From: Felis catus
Lineage: Eukaryota
Reading direction: 5' to 3'
DNA: 64,000 bases
Assembly: GCF_018350175.1 (NCBI RefSeq)
Contig: NC_058368.1
Coordinates: 83,826,001 to 83,890,000 of the forward strand
The notes beneath the pieces are model-generated. The model ran no database searches. It was not told the origin of the DNA and saw nothing but the letters and a program-made list of their open reading frames with translations. Each line of letters begins with the position of its first letter. The stretch's first letter is position 1. This document shows, one piece after another, positions 59,095 through 64,000 of this stretch. Position numbers and translations under genes: made by a program.

Positions 59095-62000
59095 GAAGCC
59101 AAAGGACTTTGAACCCCAGGATTATGGGAGGAAAGGGGCTGAATCGACCAGGAAGAAAATGGGACAACTTGAGAAAAGACAAGTTGGTGACTGCAAACTG
59201 GGGGAGATAAAATAGGCCGAATAGGCAAGGAGGGGAGGGGACATGTTGTTTTTATGTGCATTGTGTGTTGCAGCTAAGGGGATCCTTCTGCAGAGAGACA
59301 AAGGGAAGAGAAAGAACGGCTGGGAAAGTGTAGGACTTTATGAGGTAAGAGAAAAAAACCTCAGACTGGGACTGAGAGAGATTCTATCTCTATGCAGCTT
59401 TCTTCAGACTGGGGCTGGCTCCCTGTTCATGCAACTGGGAAGGAGAGGAACCAGCCCTGGGTTCAGTGGTAGATCAAGGGCACAGTCCACAGTGTAAGAA
59501 AGTGGTCCCATCCCTGGAGGCCTGTGGGACAAGACAGCCTGCCTGTGTCCATCACCCCTGGGCACAGTGGCTAGGTCAAAGTCACAGTCCACAGGAGGAT
59601 AAAGAGGTCCCTTCCCTGGAAAGCTGCACAATAGAACAAAGCCTGCTTGCATCTGGCACATGCAGGCTTGGTGGTGAGGTCAGCAGTGCAGTCTACAGAA
59701 GGAAAAAGCGGTCCTCCCTGAAGTGCAGCAGCACAGACAAAGCCAGCCAGGACCACATACTGAGCCACACAGAAAAGCATTTCCCCAGTGCCAGAGTGCA
59801 CAGAGCGGGTCTTTGAATCCTAGCCAAGAGTCAGGCCAGGGGAGTCAGTGGAACAAGAAGGACTGCCACATCCACACCACGGCACAGTGAGGACAACTTT
59901 AAAGGAGTCCAGCAGGGTGTGGAGAAGAGAAGAGGGGATCGCCATTCCCTCACCACCACCACCACCTCAGGGATCAGTCCTGGGGCCCAGGGTGGAGGTG
60001 GGACCAGCCTACATCAAACCATGCCCCTCCGTGGTGGGTAACTGTGTTTCTGCAGGAACCAGATAGATGCTGTGCAACCAGACGGTTCCATCATCCAGAC
60101 AAGTGATGATGCATAGCCTGGATTAATTCCAGGAAAATTCTTGTTATTTATATATATTCTCCCCTCCTATCTCTTCCCTCCTATAGGCTGGATACTCTGG
60201 TTGTTGGTTGGTTCAAGCAGACATATTTAATCCATCCCCTTGATACATGTTCTACATCTCCTACACTTACCTTTCTCTCTCTCTGTAATAATCAAGCCAT
60301 ATAGTTTCTCTGGGTAACTTTATCTTCATTTATTTTCCCTGCCTCTTTCCTTATTTTCTTTTCTCTCTCACTGGATTAAACCATTTAGTCTCTCTCCCCA
60401 GTCAATGTTTATTATCTCTTTGTCACCACCCTTGTCATTTCTCCCTTCATATGTGCTTTTCCATGAGCACAGCCTCCACCCTATTCTTTACTTGTAACTA
60501 GTGTTTCTGGTTTCTTTTTAGCTTTTTTTTTGTTTTTTTGGTTTTTTGTTTGTTTGTTTTAGCTTTTGGCTTTTGGACTGTTTTTATGTGTGGGTGTGTA
60601 TGTGTGTGTGTGTGTGTGTGTGTCCGTTTGTTTGTTATATTTGTCTGTGTGTATGCATGTCTTTGTTTCCTCCTTGTCCATGTCTGTTTGTTTACCTTTC
60701 CAGAGCTACTTCAAGGAACAAATCAAAGCACACCTGGTGGAGGGTCCAACACATCACTATGAGTACAGAAATAAAATAACCAAAGTCACAATAGACAGCA
60801 AGTAACACTCTCCAAAAAACACCTACTGAAGGGCCAGGCCCTGGACAGTGTGTGAACCCCCCCTTTAATATAGCAGTGTTCACAGGTGAAGAGCTAATAA
60901 CAAGCTTTTAAAACTAATAAGGGACAAGAAGCTAGCCAAAATGGCAAAACAGAAAAATTCCCCTCAAAAGAAATTCCAGGAAGAAGTGACAGCTAAAGAA
61001 TCGATTAAAACACATATAAGTGATATGACTGAACAAGAATTTAGAATAATAGCCATAAGATTAATCACTTGGCTTGAAAAAGGCATAAGACACAGCAGCA
61101 AATCTATTACTGCAGAGATCAAGGAACTAAAAAATAGTCAAGATGAATTTTAAAAAAATGCTATATATGAGGTGCAAAATAAAATGGAGGCAGCCATAGC
61201 ACGGAAAAGAGGCAAAGGAGGAGAATAGGTGAATTAGAAGATAAAATTCTGGAAAAAGAAGAAGCTGACAAAAAGAGAGATAAAAAAAAATTCAGGATCA
61301 AGAGGGGAGATTTAGAGTACTAAGTGACGCAATCAAATGGAATTCCAGAAGAAGAGAGAGAGAAAGGGACTGAGGTGTACTTGAACAACTCATAGCTGAG
61401 AACTTCCCTGATCTGGGGAAGGAAAACAGCATTGAAATCCAAGAGGCATAGAGAACTCCTTTCAGATGTAACTTGAATCTGTCTTCTGCATGACATATCA
61501 TAGTAAAACTGGCAAAATACAAGGATAAAGACAGAATTCTGAAAGCAGCTAGGGATAAACAGGCATTAACATACAAAGATAGAGCATAAGGGTAGTAGGA
61601 GACCTATCTACTGAAACTTGACATAGGGTATCAGAATGGATAAAAACAAACAAACAAACAAACAAACAAAAGACCCATCTACTTGCTGTCTACAAGAGAC
61701 TCATTTCAGACCTGAAGACAATTTCAGATTAAAGTGAGGGGATATTCAACTATCTATCATGCTACTGGAAGTCATAAGAAAGCTGAAGTAAAGTAAAGGT
61801 TGTAATAAGAGATGAAGAAGGGCATTATATAATACAGGACCTATCCATCAGGAAGAGCTAACAATTATAAATGTCTATGCGCCGAATTCGGGAGAACCCA
61901 ATATTTAAAACAATCACAAACATAAGAAATCTTAATGATAATAATGTGGTAATTGCAGAGGTTTTTAATATCCAACTGGCAGCAATGAACATATCATCTA

Positions 62001-64000
62001 GACAGAGAATCAGTAAAGAAACAATGGCCCTGATTGATACATTGGGCCAGATGTACTTGACAGATATATTTAGAACTCTACATCCCAAAGCAGCAGAATA
62101 TACTTTCTTCTCAAGTGCACATGGAACATTCTCCAAGATAGATCACATACTGGGTCACAAAACATCCCTCAAAAAAGACAAAAGTATTGAGACCATACCA
62201 TGCACAATTTCAGACCACAATGCTATGAAACTTGAAATCAACCACAGGAAAAAGTCTGGAAAATATCCAAAAGCATGGAAGTTAAAGCATATCCTACTAA
62301 AGAATGAGTGAGTCATCCAGGCAATCAGAGAAGAAATTAAAATATATGTGGAAACAAATGAAAATGAAAATACAACAGTACAAACCCTTTGGATGCAGCA
62401 AAGGCAATCTTAAGAGGAAAACACATTGCAATCCAGGTGTATCCCAAGAAACAAGAAAAATCTCAGATACAAAATCTAACAGCACACCTAAAGGAAGCAA
62501 AACAGCAAAGACATCCCAAACCCAGCAGAAGAAGAGAAATACTAAAGATCAGAGCAGAAATAAACTATATGGAATAAAAAAACCCAGCAGAATAGATCAA
62601 TGAAACCAAGAGTTTTTGTGGGTTTTTTTTTAATAAACAAAATTGATAAACCTCTAGTCAGCCTTCTCAAAAAGAAACAAGAGAGGACCAAAATAGGAAA
62701 ATCATGAATGAAAATCGATTTATTAAAACCAATCCCTCAGAAATACAAGCAAATATCAAGGAACACTATGAAAAAAAATATGTGCCAACAAACTGGACAA
62801 CCTGGAGGAAATGGGCAAACTCCTAAATACCCACACAACTCCAAAACTCAAACGTAAAGAAATAGAAAATTTGAACAGACCCATAAGTAGTGAAGAAATT
62901 GAATCATTCATCAAAAACCTCCCAATAAATAAGAGTCCTGGACCAGATGGCCTCTGTGGGGAATTCTACCAGACATTTAAAGCAGAGTTAATACCTATCT
63001 TTCTCAAGCTGTTCCAAAAAATAGAAAGGGAAGGAAAATTCCAGACTCATTCTAAGAAGACAGCATTACTTTGATTCCCAAACTGGACTGATACCCAGCA
63101 AAAAAGAAAGAGAACTACAAGCCAATATCCCTGATGAATATGATTGCAAAAATTCTCAACCAGATACTGGTAAATCTAATTCAATAGCATATATAAAGCA
63201 ATATTCACCATGATCAAGTGGGATTCATTCCTGGGCTTCATGGCTTGTTCAATATTTTCAAATCAATCAATGTGATAAATCACATTAATAAAATAAAATA
63301 TAAGAACCATATGATCCTGTCAATAGATGCAGAAAATGTATTTGACAAAATACAGCATCCTTTCTTCATGAAAACCCTCAATAAAGTCGGGGTAGAAAGA
63401 ACAAACTTGAACATCCTAGAAGCCATTTATGAAAAGCTCACAGCTAATATCATCCTCAATGCGGAAACATTGAGAGCTTTCCCCCTGAGATAAGGAACGT
63501 GACAAGGATGTCCACTCTCACCACTGTTGCTTAACATAGTATTGGAAGTCCTAGCATCAGCAATCAGACAACAAAATGAAATAGAAGGCATCAAAATCAT
63601 AAAGATAAAGTAAAACTTACACTTTTCACAGACTACATGATAATCTACATGGAAAACCTGCCAGACTCCACCAAAAATCTGCTAGAACTGATACATGAAT
63701 TCAGCAAAGTTGCAGGCTACAAAATTAGTGTACAGAAATCGGTTGCATTTATACACCAATAATGAAGCAACAGAAAGAGAAATAAAGAAACTGATTCCAT
63801 TCACAATTGCACCAACAAACATAAAATACCTGGGAATAAACCTAACCAAAGATATAAAATATCTGTATGCTGAAAAGTATAGAAAGCTTATGAAGGTAAT
63901 TGAAGAAGATACAAAGAAATGGAAAAATATTCCATGTCCATGGATTTGAAAAATAAATATTTTTAAAATATGAATACTACCCAAAGCAACCTACACATTC
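59095..64000 (+). mobile_element. L1 with long 5'UTR, ORF1 from 60941, decayed ORF2; runs off the window
   Basis: ORF1 start MAKQKNSPQKKFQEEVTA; ORF2 pieces 61871..62311 (IDHILGHK, SDHNA), 62811..63074, 63218..63493. Confidence 0.92.
59470..59730 (+). repeat. Three degenerate ~100-bp monomers in an L1 5'UTR
   Basis: Recurring CAGTCYACAG..AAAGNGGTCC..TCCCTG at ~59483, ~59585 and ~59689. Confidence 0.75.

Noticed and set aside
59470..59730. Spaced degenerate repeats as a CRISPR-like array
   Set aside because: Mammalian context; the whole units are homologous L1 5'UTR monomers with no unique spacers and no cas genes.

Overview
Eukaryotic DNA, most likely from a felid carnivore (tRNA-derived Can-SINEs of the SINEC_Fc type and carnivore/cat-like L1s). 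The window is AT-rich and dominated by transposable elements, as expected for an olfactory receptor cluster. It holds one intact protein-coding gene: a 319-aa class II olfactory receptor of the OR2T subfamily, close to OR2T5/OR2T29 (46856..47815, minus). Candidate upstream non-coding exons and a homeodomain-type promoter motif lie at about 51.5-53.3 kb. Nearly all other ORFs in the track are broken L1 ORF1/ORF2 pieces, antisense shadows of them, or SINE/microsatellite read-throughs. The most unexpected element is missed by the ORF track: a decayed immunoglobulin lambda V-like segment (core 39727..39930, minus) wedged between L1 fragments, possibly an orphon. Several structural scars can be read from the sequence: (1) a near full-length young L1 with an inverted 5' end and no target-site duplication (TSD); (2) a tailless SINE fragment with a perfect 16-bp TSD; (3) an ~0.9-kb inversion that splits a SINE; (4) an inverted patch apparently copied from a neighbouring L1; (5) several templated micro-duplications. 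I cannot support a wholly new biological system here. Repeat subfamily names are recalled from consensus sequences, not from a search, and boundaries of old repeats are approximate.
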